Shown piece by piece: positions 37,338-45,999 of a DNA stretch of 60,301 nt (its first letter is position 1; every line of letters begins with the position of its first letter). A program made the position numbers and the translations under genes. Below the pieces are notes generated by a model, which was not told where the DNA came from, ran no database searches, and was given only the letters and a program-made list of their open reading frames with translations. Source of the stretch: a virus (taxonomy: Duplodnaviria > Caudoviricetes); IMG/VR virus record IMGVR_UViG_3300042520_001556, positions 1-60,301 of that record; one strand, 5' to 3'.

Positions 37338-38052
37338 GTAGCACCTCTCTTGTGGGTCTTCAGGAAATGACGCACCAGCAGATCCAAGCCGATCACCCGG
37401 TATCCCAGCGGCATGAACTCCGGTGTCTGCTCCCACCGCTCATCCGCATCGCTGATCCGCACTACGCAGCCGCGGAGGTTGGACCAGGTTTCGCCGTCGT
37501 TCAGAACCACCACAGCCCGGCCGGCATCCAGGTCCGCCAGGGCACGCTCGTCTTCGGCGTCCATCACGCACACTCCAGGATGCCGCACACGTCCTTGTAG
37601 ACCCCAGCACTGCGGCCCTCGTACTGGGGGTACTTCCGAACAAACTGCCGCACCACATAGGCCAGCCGCTCACTGCGGTGCTGCCCGCAGGCACGGGACG
37701 CATGCCAGCACTGGCTGACATAGTTCCGCTCGCACTCCTTGATGAACCGCACCTCGTAGGGAGGCTGAAGGGTCAGGGTCTGCATGTAGTCAAAGTCCAT
37801 GTGTCACCTCCTCGCCTGAAAAGCCGTAGTCAACGCCCATGCCCTGAGTGAACTCGCCGTTGATGCGAACAATCGCACCAGGCTCAAACAACTCGCCCGC
37901 CATGGCGTGCCACCTGTCAAACACCTGCCCGGCAGTGGCTCGCACGTCCGGAAGAACGACAGGGAACTCCGTGGTGTAGAACGCACCAATGGAGCCGCGG
38001 GGCCGCACCTGCACTGACGCCGTATAGCGATACTGTTTCTCCATCACGCACC

Positions 38053-38937
38053 TCACGCTGCCAGGTAGTACTCAGGTTCAGCCTCGGCGGGGTGTACGCT
38101 CCCCACCAGGTCAATGCCGGTCGGCACCGCAAACTCAGACTCACAGGCATCCTCACGCTTGTCGCCGGACGCCTTCAGTCGCAGGCCCACGCAGATGTCC
38201 TGGGGGTCCAGGAACCGCAGGTCCAGCCGGTCACCGTCCACCACCTGCCAGACCTTCCCGTTGGGGTCAGTCCAGGTGGCAGGCAGGTAGCCGAACTCAC
38301 TGCCCCACGGGTTCCACACGGTGTCGAACACCACGGCGATGTTCGATCCGGTGCGGTAGACACGCTCCCAGTCCTTGGCCTGCGTGCCGTCGTTGTAACT
38401 GTATGTCAGGTGGTAGTTAGCTGGAACAGAACCCAGACGCTCAGAGCATTTGGTGTAGTCCCAGAACCGCCAGCCATAGTCAAACATCCATGGGAACAAC
38501 TTCTGCCAGTTGACATCGGAGTCCACATTGGCACGGGCTGCGATGATGTAGTCACTGGCATTGCGGGTGATCCTGTCCATCTCACGCCGCAGGTAGGCAC
38601 CGAACGTCCGGGGGTTCTCACTGAGCCACCGTGTCAGGTTGATCCGGGCCGCACGCACAAAGTCAGACTGACCATGCCCAGCCTCCCAGGTGACACAGGG
38701 GCCAGAACACATGGACAATCCCCTGCGGTTGGCCCACTGTCCAATCTCATAGACATCCTTGCCATCATCCAGCATCTGCTGCATCACAGACCTTCTCAGG
38801 GCCCGTGGGCAGGTATTGACACCAGAGCTGTCAGAGGAGGCCAGGGAGATCGTATAGACCTTGTATTCCTCTCCGTGGTGGCTGATCTTCGTATTGCTGT
38901 CACCGTCCTGAATGATCTGGGCGATCTTGTATGACAT
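38053..38937 (-). CDS. Gp88-like phage protein
   Basis: NTCP.A...C...C....G.G...ARI..T...R.N..SD..W...DYTK...NYHLTYS...DGD..DLRFLDP...GLRLK. Confidence 0.75.
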   Translation of the reverse strand: MSYKIAQIIQDGDSNTKISHHGEEYKVYTISLASSDSSGVNTCPRALRRSVMQQMLDDGKDVYEIGQWANRRGLSMCSGPCVTWEAGHGQSDFVRAARINLTRWLSENPRTFGAYLRREMDRITRNASDYIIAARANVDSDVNWQKLFPWMFDYGWRFWDYTKCSERLGSVPANYHLTYSYNDGTQAKDWERVYRTGSNIAVVFDTVWNPWGSEFGYLPATWTDPNGKVWQVVDGDRLDLRFLDPQDICVGLRLKASGDKREDACESEFAVPTGIDLVGSVHPAEAEPEYYLAA

Positions 38938-39268
38938 GGCTAACTCCTGTTGGCTGTCCGCATCACACTTGCCCGCATCGCTGTCCGCATCACCCACGGA
39001 AACCGTGGGGGGGCTGGCCGTGGCCCGGCAGTGTACGCTGGTACACTGCGGGGCCGGAAAACTGCGGAAAACGCGGGGAAAACGGCCGAAAACGGCCGCG
39101 GCGGCGCCGAGCGATTTGGCCGCCTTAAATAGTCCCGCGCCGCTCGCCCAAAAAAAACGCGGCGGCCCGGAAGATTTTCCCGGCGGCGGCGCGGGAGTCT
39201 AGATGTCGGCCGAACGAACGGCCGACCGGCCGCCCCGCCGATCCGGGGCACCAACAGGGAACCCAACC

Positions 39269-39472
39269 ATGTCCGCGACTTACGAACTCCGCCCCGCGAC
39301 GAAGACCGCCCCCGCCACGCTTGTGGTGACGATCCCCGTGAACGCCGACGCCCCGCTCAGTAGCACCGGCAAAACGCGGCTTGTGGCCACCACGCACGGC
39401 AACCAGCCCACGCCCATCACTATCAACGGGCAGGTGGTCAAAGTCGGTTTGACCGCCTTTTACAAGGCCTGA
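39269..39472 (+). CDS. Small conserved-type protein (SSTGKT.LVATTHGN)
   Basis: Clean ORF with recognisable motif. Confidence 0.7.
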   Translation: MSATYELRPATKTAPATLVVTIPVNADAPLSSTGKTRLVATTHGNQPTPITINGQVVKVGLTAFYKA

Positions 39473-39549
39473 CCCACCGCAGCCGCCGCCGGGGTTGCAA
39501 TGTCGCAGCCCCGGCGGCCCGGCCGCCTCACCCCACAGGATCCCCACCC

Positions 39550-39768
39550 ATGGCCTTTACCCTAGAACTCTCCGCCGACTACCACGGGCCGCAGGGCCGC
39601 ATTGTGACCGACTACCACCAACACCGATTGCCCACCATGGCCGACACGCTCCAGATCATGGATGCACACTGGCAGCGGATCAGCCGCCGCCGCGGGACAC
39701 AGTTGCATGTGCGAATCACGCCCGACCATGGAACGCCCATAGTCACAAAGAGATTCCGCCGAGACTAA
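39550..39768 (+). CDS. Hypothetical protein
   Basis: AGGA RBS; protein-like composition in a GC-rich context. Confidence 0.55.
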   Translation: MAFTLELSADYHGPQGRIVTDYHQHRLPTMADTLQIMDAHWQRISRRRGTQLHVRITPDHGTPIVTKRFRRD

Positions 39769-39855
39769 CGAAATACTAACTTGCAACCCCCGCCCGAGCC
39801 GATTACAATCACAGAACCACGGCCGACACCGTGGAACCCCAACGGAGCCGATACC

Positions 39856-40533
39856 ATGAACTTTCCCCACGCCACCGCCGACCAGTGGACCGCCGCCCAG
39901 CGGATCCTCCGCGGGATCCTCAGCCGTCACGGCGTCTATGGACCGGACGCCGACGACACCGTCCAGCAGTGGACGTTTAAGGCGATGACCAAGGCCCACC
40001 GGAAGGTATGCCCGGTTAGCCCCACCGCCGCGGCAGTAGGCATGAAACGGCTGGTGGCCAAGTACGGGATCGGAAGGCTGCTCCGTGAGACGCAGCCCAA
40101 GGCCCAGACATACGCCCGCCCGGTGGGCCGGACGGGGCTGGACGAGTCGCAGCCCGACCACGTGTTCGACGTGGCCCCGGGGAAGGCACCGGCCAGCAGC
40201 AACCCGGCCACCATGGCCGAGGCCGGGGAATCGCTTGCCGAGCGTATGCCCCGCTTCGCCCAACGGGCCAGGGCCAGGGGCATGACGCCCGCCGCGCTCG
40301 CCCTGGTAGCGGCGGGGTGGGGGCCGCTTGATGACGAAGACGCCGCCAAGGCTTCGCCAAGCGTCCCGCAATGCGGCCCCGGCTACACGCCGCCGGGCCG
40401 GGGATGCCCGGGCTTGCACGCCAGCCGCCGCCCGACCGGAGAGCCGATGCACATGGCCGCGCCGGTCACCTACCTTGATGGAGTGAACCTCACGGCGTAC
40501 CGGGCAGAACTGGCCCGATACTACGGACGTTGA
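39856..40533 (+). CDS. Hypothetical protein, weak sigma region-2-like N-terminus
   Basis: RGILSRHGVYGPDADDTVQQ; GGAG RBS. Confidence 0.5.
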   Translation: MNFPHATADQWTAAQRILRGILSRHGVYGPDADDTVQQWTFKAMTKAHRKVCPVSPTAAAVGMKRLVAKYGIGRLLRETQPKAQTYARPVGRTGLDESQPDHVFDVAPGKAPASSNPATMAEAGESLAERMPRFAQRARARGMTPAALALVAAGWGPLDDEDAAKASPSVPQCGPGYTPPGRGCPGLHASRRPTGEPMHMAAPVTYLDGVNLTAYRAELARYYGR

Positions 40534-41310
40534 CCAACCGCCCCGGCCGCAGCAGACCCGACACGGGGAGCGCGGCCGGGGCCGACTGAACCCGCGACCA
40601 ACCGCGGCCCCAGCCGGGAGGGGTGATCCAGGCCGACCGGCCCCGGGGAAACCCGGGGCCGCCACCGTACACGCTCCGCAGCAGACCCGCCGCCGCCTGA
40701 TCACCGGCCGCGGACGAGCGATCCCCAGCCGGGGAACGAACGGACGGCCGAACGAATCGCCACTGGGCGAGGGGTGGCCGCGCCGAACGTCAGGAGCGAA
40801 TCCCCCGCCAGCGCAGCGGGGGACACGCCGCCGGGGGCCGTGGCCGAAAGAAGGCCCGCCCCGGCGGCCACCGTACACGCGGCCCCGGCACCAGTGCGAC
40901 CGCCGACAGGCGACCACGCACGGCCGGGGCCGCACGGGCGGGCGATGCACCACCACCGACCCCGCCGCCACCACCGCCGGCCGGCCCGGCTCGCCCGGCA
41001 CCAGGCCGACGCACCCGGCGAGGGGGGGTGGCAGCATACGAACCGCCACCGAACACGTAACCCAAGGCCCGGCCGAGGCTTGCGGCTTCCCGCGACCCGG
41101 CCTGGCCATGGCCCGCGACCGTATCGCCGGAGGGTACCGGGAGCCTACCGTGACCGGCGGCCCGACACGCGGCAGCGGCACTCGCTTCGCTCGCGGCTCC
41201 GGCGGGGCCCCTACCCCCCCGGAGCAAAGACAGTAGTTTAGTCAATCCGCCGCGCCGATTTTTTGAAAACTCCGGGTTTTGCGTGACCGCTTAACCGCCG
41301 TCCGCTGTAC
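40534..41310 (+). repeat. GC-rich non-coding region with dispersed direct repeats
   Basis: CCGCAGCAGACCCG (40547, 40676); CCCCAGCCGGG (40608, 40723); GCCACCGTACACGC (40661, 40867). Confidence 0.65.
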
Positions 41311-41321
41311 GCTTGGCCACC

Positions 41322-41864
41322 ATGGGCATGGCGTACGAAGACGACCTTCGGAAGCGGCGGGAGGATCCGCGGCGAAATGCGTACGGCCGCGACTACTACC
41401 AGAAGAACAAGGACTACTTCCGGGAGTACCAAAAGGAGTACAAGAAGTCCGGCCGGCGGAAGCCTGGAGGCTGGGGCAACTACAAGGCAGACACGCATGA
41501 GAGCCGCTGCTGGGCCGTGGCGGCCGGGATGTGCGGGTCGTCCAGGGCCCGCTCCCGCCGTGAGAAGTGGCCGTTTGGCCTATCCACCGAGTGGATCGCC
41601 AGGCGGATACGGGCAGGCAAGTGCGAGCTAACGGGCGTGCCGTTCGTTCTGGAGCGGAAGTCTCCGTACATGCCATCCCTGGACCGGATCGACAGCAGCA
41701 AGTTTTACACCGCTGACAACTGCCGGGTCATCCTCCTCATCCTGAACCTGGCCAAGCGGGACTGGCCAGAGGATGTTTTCCAGGCCGCGTTCCTGGCTGC
41801 GGCCGATGGGCTCCGCGGGTCCCTTCCCGGTTCTGGAGCGCCGCCACCTCCGGGATCCCCGTGA
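41322..41864 (+). CDS. HNH-type endonuclease
   Basis: GKCELTG...PSLDRIDSSKFYTADNCRVI....N. Confidence 0.8.
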   Translation: MGMAYEDDLRKRREDPRRNAYGRDYYQKNKDYFREYQKEYKKSGRRKPGGWGNYKADTHESRCWAVAAGMCGSSRARSRREKWPFGLSTEWIARRIRAGKCELTGVPFVLERKSPYMPSLDRIDSSKFYTADNCRVILLILNLAKRDWPEDVFQAAFLAAADGLRGSLPGSGAPPPPGSP

Positions 41865-41987
41865 CCGGGTCCCCTTCTGCTCCCGGAGTTTCCCGCCCCC
41901 CGGGTTTTGCGTGGTCGCTCGCTGGGCACTGACCACCATGGGCGGACTCGCTGATCGACTGGTTGCGTCTTCAGGCTGATGCCCGCT

Positions 41988-42002
41988 GGGCATTAGCCTG
42001 TA
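41988..42002 (+). promoter_or_regulatory. Putative late promoter motif, copy 3 (possibly leaderless)
   Basis: GGGCATTA-GCCT-GTA; the last A is the A of ATG 42002. Confidence 0.55.
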
Positions 42003-42679
42003 TGGGGACGCCGATCAGGCTTAGCTACGCGCAGCAGTTGGGCAAGGCGCTCACCAGCCCGCCCAGCTCCGCGGCAGAGGCGTCGATTCAAGCGTTGGCC
42101 CGGATGCATAGCGCGGCCCCTGGCGGTCAGGGCGGTGCGTTGGCGGCGAGCCTGCTCATGAAGCCCCAGGCCTCACGGGCGCTAGAGGCGGTGGACGCCA
42201 TCCTGGCCCGCCAGGGGTTCCCGCTGGGCGAGCCGATAGGCGCGGGTGGCGAGGCGGCGGTCTTTGGGTCTGGCGACCATGTCGTCAAGATCTCGGCGGA
42301 CCCATTCAACGCCGGGCCCTACCACCTCCCAGACATCCCCGGAGTGGCGCCGTATGTCTACGCCGACCGTGCGGGGCCGTTCCGGATTGGCGTTCAACCC
42401 CGCGCGTCCGAGGTGGCGTCTCCGGCCATGATGGCGGCGGACCCCAACAACTACCGGATGTGGCGTGACCGGGCGGACACGCTGTACGACGTAATGGCCC
42501 GCCAGGGGCTTCACTGGGACGACGCTAAGCCGCACAACCTGGGCATCATGCCGGCCGGCAGCATGGCCGTGATTGATGGCTGGCTTCGCCCGGACAAGGG
42601 CGTGGAGTACCGCCGGGCCAGGGAGCGTTACCCCACTACGGAAGATGCCATCCGGGCCCTGCTAGTGAGGCCGCAGTAA
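42002..42679 (+). CDS. Protein-kinase-like fold protein
   Basis: IGAGGEAAVF (Gly loop), VVK, DAKPHN (catalytic loop), IDG. Confidence 0.75.
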   Translation: MGTPIRLSYAQQLGKALTSPPSSAAEASIQALARMHSAAPGGQGGALAASLLMKPQASRALEAVDAILARQGFPLGEPIGAGGEAAVFGSGDHVVKISADPFNAGPYHLPDIPGVAPYVYADRAGPFRIGVQPRASEVASPAMMAADPNNYRMWRDRADTLYDVMARQGLHWDDAKPHNLGIMPAGSMAVIDGWLRPDKGVEYRRARERYPTTEDAIRALLVRPQ

Positions 42680-43530
42680 TGGGTGGTCCGCTTCGCCCCA
42701 GTCTCCTGCCTCGCCTGGCCGGGCAGTCGTCGCCCAAGATCATCGCCTACCACGGCAGCCCGCACAGCTTCTCCCGGTTTGATGCGTCCAAGATCGGTAC
42801 GGGTGAGGGCCAGCAGGCGTATGGCCATGGGCTGTATTTTGCTGGCAATGAGAAGGTGGCCGATGGCTATCGGGAAGCACTAAGTGCCGGGGGGCTTGTG
42901 AGGCACACGCCGGAAGAGAAGGCCGAGTTTCTGTGGAGGTATATGGCAAATTCCGGCGCCACAGACCCAAGGCAAGCTGTGCTTAAAACCCTAGCCAACG
43001 ATCAGGCGACTCTGGGCGTGGACAACCGGGCGGCCATCGAATACCTGATGTCGCTGCCGTCAGATTTTGTCCCTCCGCCCCCAAGCCCTCCGCCAAGACT
43101 TGGCCACATGTACGAAGTGGAGATCGACGCTCCGGAAGGCCAGCTGCTGGACCTGGACCTTCCGGTGCAGAGCCAGTCCCAAGTCGTCCAAGATGCCCTG
43201 GGCAAATACGTAGAGGCGCCTCGCTGGTTCTCGCTGGGCCAAGAAGGGTGGGCCGGGGAGAACGCCTACATGCGGATGGCCGGCGACATGGCCAATGCCA
43301 ACCCGCGGATCGTCGGCGGCTATCACGTCACCCATGACCAGCCGGCCGCCTCCGCGGCACTGCTGCAACGAGGCGTCCCCGGCATCCGCTACCTGGACCA
43401 GGGCTCCCGCTCCGCAGGCGAAGGCACCCACAACTACGTGATGTTCCCCGGCACAGAGGATCGCATTCGCATCCTCCGCAAGTACGGCCTGCTAGCCCCT
43501 ATGGCGTTGCCGGCTATGAGCGAAGAGTAG
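42679..43530 (+). CDS. ADP-ribosyltransferase-like (polyvalent-protein type) domain protein
   Basis: AYHGSPH.F.RFD.SKIGTGEG.QAYG.GLYFA...MYEV.I...GIRY.D..SR...NYVMF. Confidence 0.7.
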   Translation: MGGPLRPSLLPRLAGQSSPKIIAYHGSPHSFSRFDASKIGTGEGQQAYGHGLYFAGNEKVADGYREALSAGGLVRHTPEEKAEFLWRYMANSGATDPRQAVLKTLANDQATLGVDNRAAIEYLMSLPSDFVPPPPSPPPRLGHMYEVEIDAPEGQLLDLDLPVQSQSQVVQDALGKYVEAPRWFSLGQEGWAGENAYMRMAGDMANANPRIVGGYHVTHDQPAASAALLQRGVPGIRYLDQGSRSAGEGTHNYVMFPGTEDRIRILRKYGLLAPMALPAMSEE

Positions 43531-43532
43531 CA

Positions 43533-43547
43533 GGGCAATAACCACTA
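43533..43547 (+). promoter_or_regulatory. Putative late promoter motif, copy 4
   Basis: GGGCAATA-ACCA-CTA, then AGGAG and ATG 43559. Confidence 0.6.
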
Positions 43548-43558
43548 AGGAGAACGCC

Positions 43559-43903
43559 ATGAATCCGGAAGATCGCATTCGCCAGCTGATGGAAGAGAAC
43601 GCCATGCTGCGAGCGCAGCTGCAAGGCGGGTCGCGCTATGGGGACTACCAGGGCCCCACGGGCATTCCCAACGCCCACGGCGTTACCCCTGAGGAATACC
43701 GGGCCGACATGGACGAGGCCGAAGCTGCGGCGGCGGCTAGTTACATGGGCAACGGCATGAGCGACCTCATGTACCGCACGCCGCCCCGCCCCTCGCAGTA
43801 CATGCGGCCGGAGCGGAAGCAGCCTCCGCAAGGTAATCGCCCGACTCCGTACGTCCGCAAGGAGGGCAAGAAACCTGCCGGCCGCAGCGTGGGGCTGGAC
43901 TGA
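43559..43903 (+). CDS. Hypothetical protein with N-terminal EDRIRQL
   Basis: Strong RBS. Confidence 0.75.
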   Translation: MNPEDRIRQLMEENAMLRAQLQGGSRYGDYQGPTGIPNAHGVTPEEYRADMDEAEAAAAASYMGNGMSDLMYRTPPRPSQYMRPERKQPPQGNRPTPYVRKEGKKPAGRSVGLD

Positions 43904-43945
43904 TGTTCGACCAAATCGAATGGATGGACTGGGAGGGCGACTTGT

Positions 43946-44170
43946 ATGGCGACTGAAGACAACATTCGCCGCCTCCGCCAGCCGGAGAAGAACGTCTTTG
44001 AAGAGCTGGAAGAGCATGAGCGTGAGATGAAGGACTGGGCTGAACGCCGCAAGGGGCAGTCACGCTTTGTGCCCGGCAAGACGGCCGAGCTAAACATCGG
44101 CAACCGCGGCTACATCTGGGCCCGCGGCCAGCGGCCCGCCAAGAAGCGATCCAGTCCGAGCGACACATGA
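43946..44170 (+). CDS. Hypothetical protein with N-terminal EDNIRRL
   Basis: GGAGG RBS; coupled to the next gene. Confidence 0.7.
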   Translation: MATEDNIRRLRQPEKNVFEELEEHEREMKDWAERRKGQSRFVPGKTAELNIGNRGYIWARGQRPAKKRSSPSDT

Positions 44171-44313
44171 GCAGCGAGAACAACATCCGCAAGCTCCGCC
44201 CGGGGCTGTGGGCGAACATCCACGCCAAGCGTGAGCGGGGCGAGCCGCCTGCCAAGCCCGGCGACAAGGACTATCCCGACAAGAAGCAGTGGAGGAAGCT
44301 GAGTGGCAAGTGA
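44167..44313 (+). CDS. 48-aa basic protein (GLWANIHAKR type) with N-terminal ENNIRKL (not in ORF track)
   Basis: MSSENNIRKLRPGLWANIHAKRERGEPPAKPGDKDYPDKKQWRKLSGK. Confidence 0.75.
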   Translation: MSSENNIRKLRPGLWANIHAKRERGEPPAKPGDKDYPDKKQWRKLSGK

Positions 44314-44569
44314 GGATAACATCCGCCGCCTCCGCTCTCCTGCCTGGACTCGCAGCGAGGGCCAGGATCCTGATGGCGGCCTGAACGCTAAGGGCCGTGC
44401 GTCTTACAACCGTGAGACTGGTGGCAACCTGAAACCACCCCAGCCCGAAGGTGGTCCTCGCCGGGACTCGTACTGTGCCCGCAGTGCCGGCCAGATGAAG
44501 ATGTGGCCAAAGGCCGCCAAGGACCCTAACAGCCGACTCCGGAAGGCCAGGCGTGCCTGGGATTGCTAA
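44303..44569 (+). CDS. DUF6321-like basic protein with N-terminal EDNIRRL
   Basis: SPAW.R.EG..P.GGLNAKGRASY...RRDSYCAR...KDPNSR...W.C. Confidence 0.75.
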   Translation: MASEDNIRRLRSPAWTRSEGQDPDGGLNAKGRASYNRETGGNLKPPQPEGGPRRDSYCARSAGQMKMWPKAAKDPNSRLRKARRAWDC

Positions 44570-45207
44570 TGGGCTGTTGTCGCTGCTGCACAACGACGGG
44601 CGCGTGCTGCAATGGAGGCGTGTGTACCGAAGAGACATGCGCCGACTGTGAAGACGCGGGCGGTGTGTTCCAGGGCGTAGACACGGAGTGCGTCTCTGGC
44701 CTGTGCCCCTGCGACCCGCCGGCCGATCCATCCTTGTGCCAGAAGTGCGTGGACGGCGAAGCGGTCGTCTACTGTCCGGAGTCGAAGCCCTATTGCTGTG
44801 ACGGGGTGTGCCAGGCGGAGCCGTGCTGCGAGGTGATCTCCCTCGGAGGCTGCGGAACAAATAATCTATACTGCACGCTTGAGGAAGCCCAGGCCGCACT
44901 CGCTGGCCTTCGCTCCAACCTTATAGGCTGCCTGGATGGATTTGAAGCGGCGCTGACTGGTGGGGGGTACTCCAACGTGATCATCGACGTTCAGGAGGTT
45001 GCGCGGCTGACAGATTGCTTTCCCGCCGGAGAGGGCCAGGAGTGCGAGGAGGTGTGCTACATCGCGGAGGTGTTTGTGACCGTCACTGCGGAGTGCTGCG
45101 GCTATCAAGACTGGGAAGCGGAGGAGTATCCGTGGGAGTCCGATACGTGCGTGACGTGCCCGATAGGCAGCATCCCGCCCTGCGAGCCCGGGGAGCCTCC
45201 GCCGTGA
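44569..45207 (+). CDS. Cysteine-rich acidic protein (GACC motif)
   Basis: MGCCRCC..GACC.GGVC...C...GG.FQG..T.C; very high Cys content. Confidence 0.7.
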   Translation: MGCCRCCTTTGACCNGGVCTEETCADCEDAGGVFQGVDTECVSGLCPCDPPADPSLCQKCVDGEAVVYCPESKPYCCDGVCQAEPCCEVISLGGCGTNNLYCTLEEAQAALAGLRSNLIGCLDGFEAALTGGGYSNVIIDVQEVARLTDCFPAGEGQECEEVCYIAEVFVTVTAECCGYQDWEAEEYPWESDTCVTCPIGSIPPCEPGEPPP

Positions 45208-45623
45208 GCCTGGTCGGCATTGCCAAAGACGCACTGGCGAAGCGCGCGGCAATCAGGGGCGACTACCTGGAGGCTGTCATGGGGCATGTTGTCAGGCAGA
45301 GCGACACGCATGTCTTCCTGCCGCGGGACGAATATGAGGCCTTGTGCGAGCGGTTTAGGTCTTACCCGCGGGGCCCAGGCACAGAACTCAAGGCCCTCCT
45401 GAAAACCATCGGCATCGTCGCCAAGCCCAACTGCTCTTGTAACAAGAGGGCAAAGATCATGGACGAAAAGGGCTGCGACTGGTGCGAGGAACACATTGAC
45501 GAGATCGACGGCTGGCTGGCAGAGGAGGCGAAGAAACGGAAGTTGCCTTACCTCTCCTTGGCAGGAAAGACATTGATCCGCCTGGCGATACGCAGAGCGC
45601 GGAAGAAGGGCACTAAGACGTAA
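45204..45623 (+). CDS. Hypothetical protein (GPGTELK...CSC...WC)
   Basis: GTGA overlap with the Cys-rich gene. Confidence 0.7.
   Translation: MSLVGIAKDALAKRAAIRGDYLEAVMGHVVRQSDTHVFLPRDEYEALCERFRSYPRGPGTELKALLKTIGIVAKPNCSCNKRAKIMDEKGCDWCEEHIDEIDGWLAEEAKKRKLPYLSLAGKTLIRLAIRRARKKGTKT
45608..45622 (+). promoter_or_regulatory. Putative late promoter motif, copy 5
   Basis: GGGCACTA-AGAC-GTA, then AGGAG and ATG 45634. Confidence 0.55.
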
Positions 45624-45633
45624 GGAGACTGCC

Positions 45634-45999
45634 ATGGCCTGGGCTGAGTTTTTGCAGAATCAGATGTTCCCTGACGCCGCCGCCGCCGAGCGGGAACGGG
45701 AGGCGGAGGAACGCCAGCGGCAGCAGCGGATCAACCGCGGCCAGGCTGCTGTTCGCCCCGGAGTGACGCCTGGCGTGCAGGGGCCGATGCCGTTCCTTAA
45801 CTTCGCCAACGCCATGATGGCGCCGGGCATGAACGCCCACTCTGCGGCCATTGGCCAGGTAAACGACGTGATCTCCCGGGAGATGCAGTCCCGGGTGGCC
45901 CAGGCCCGGGAGGCCCGCCGCATGCAGCATGAGAAGGACATGAAGCGGATGGAGATTGATGCCATGCTGGAGCGGGTTCGCCAAGCTGGGGGGCGCTGA
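45634..45999 (+). CDS. Hypothetical protein
   Basis: Strong RBS; helical Gln/Arg-rich. Confidence 0.7.
   Translation: MAWAEFLQNQMFPDAAAAEREREAEERQRQQRINRGQAAVRPGVTPGVQGPMPFLNFANAMMAPGMNAHSAAIGQVNDVISREMQSRVAQAREARRMQHEKDMKRMEIDAMLERVRQAGGR

Larger units (their letters stand above)
29259..38937 (-). other. Block of roughly 30 short, translationally coupled hypothetical genes (early / host-takeover type)
   Basis: Continuous minus-strand ORFs with ATGA/TGATG overlaps and GGAG RBSs, e.g. 29323-29691, 30053-30250, 31424-31633, 31614-31796, 31793-32113, 32188-32526, 34637-34870, 34867-35541, 37564-37800. Confidence 0.8.

Noticed and set aside
39562-41181. Long minus-strand ORF (539 aa) and similar antisense ORFs such as 19376-20746, 47871-49307 and 50335-52062
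   Set aside because: Arg/Pro/Gly-rich or shadow translations of well-supported genes on the other strand, expected at high GC
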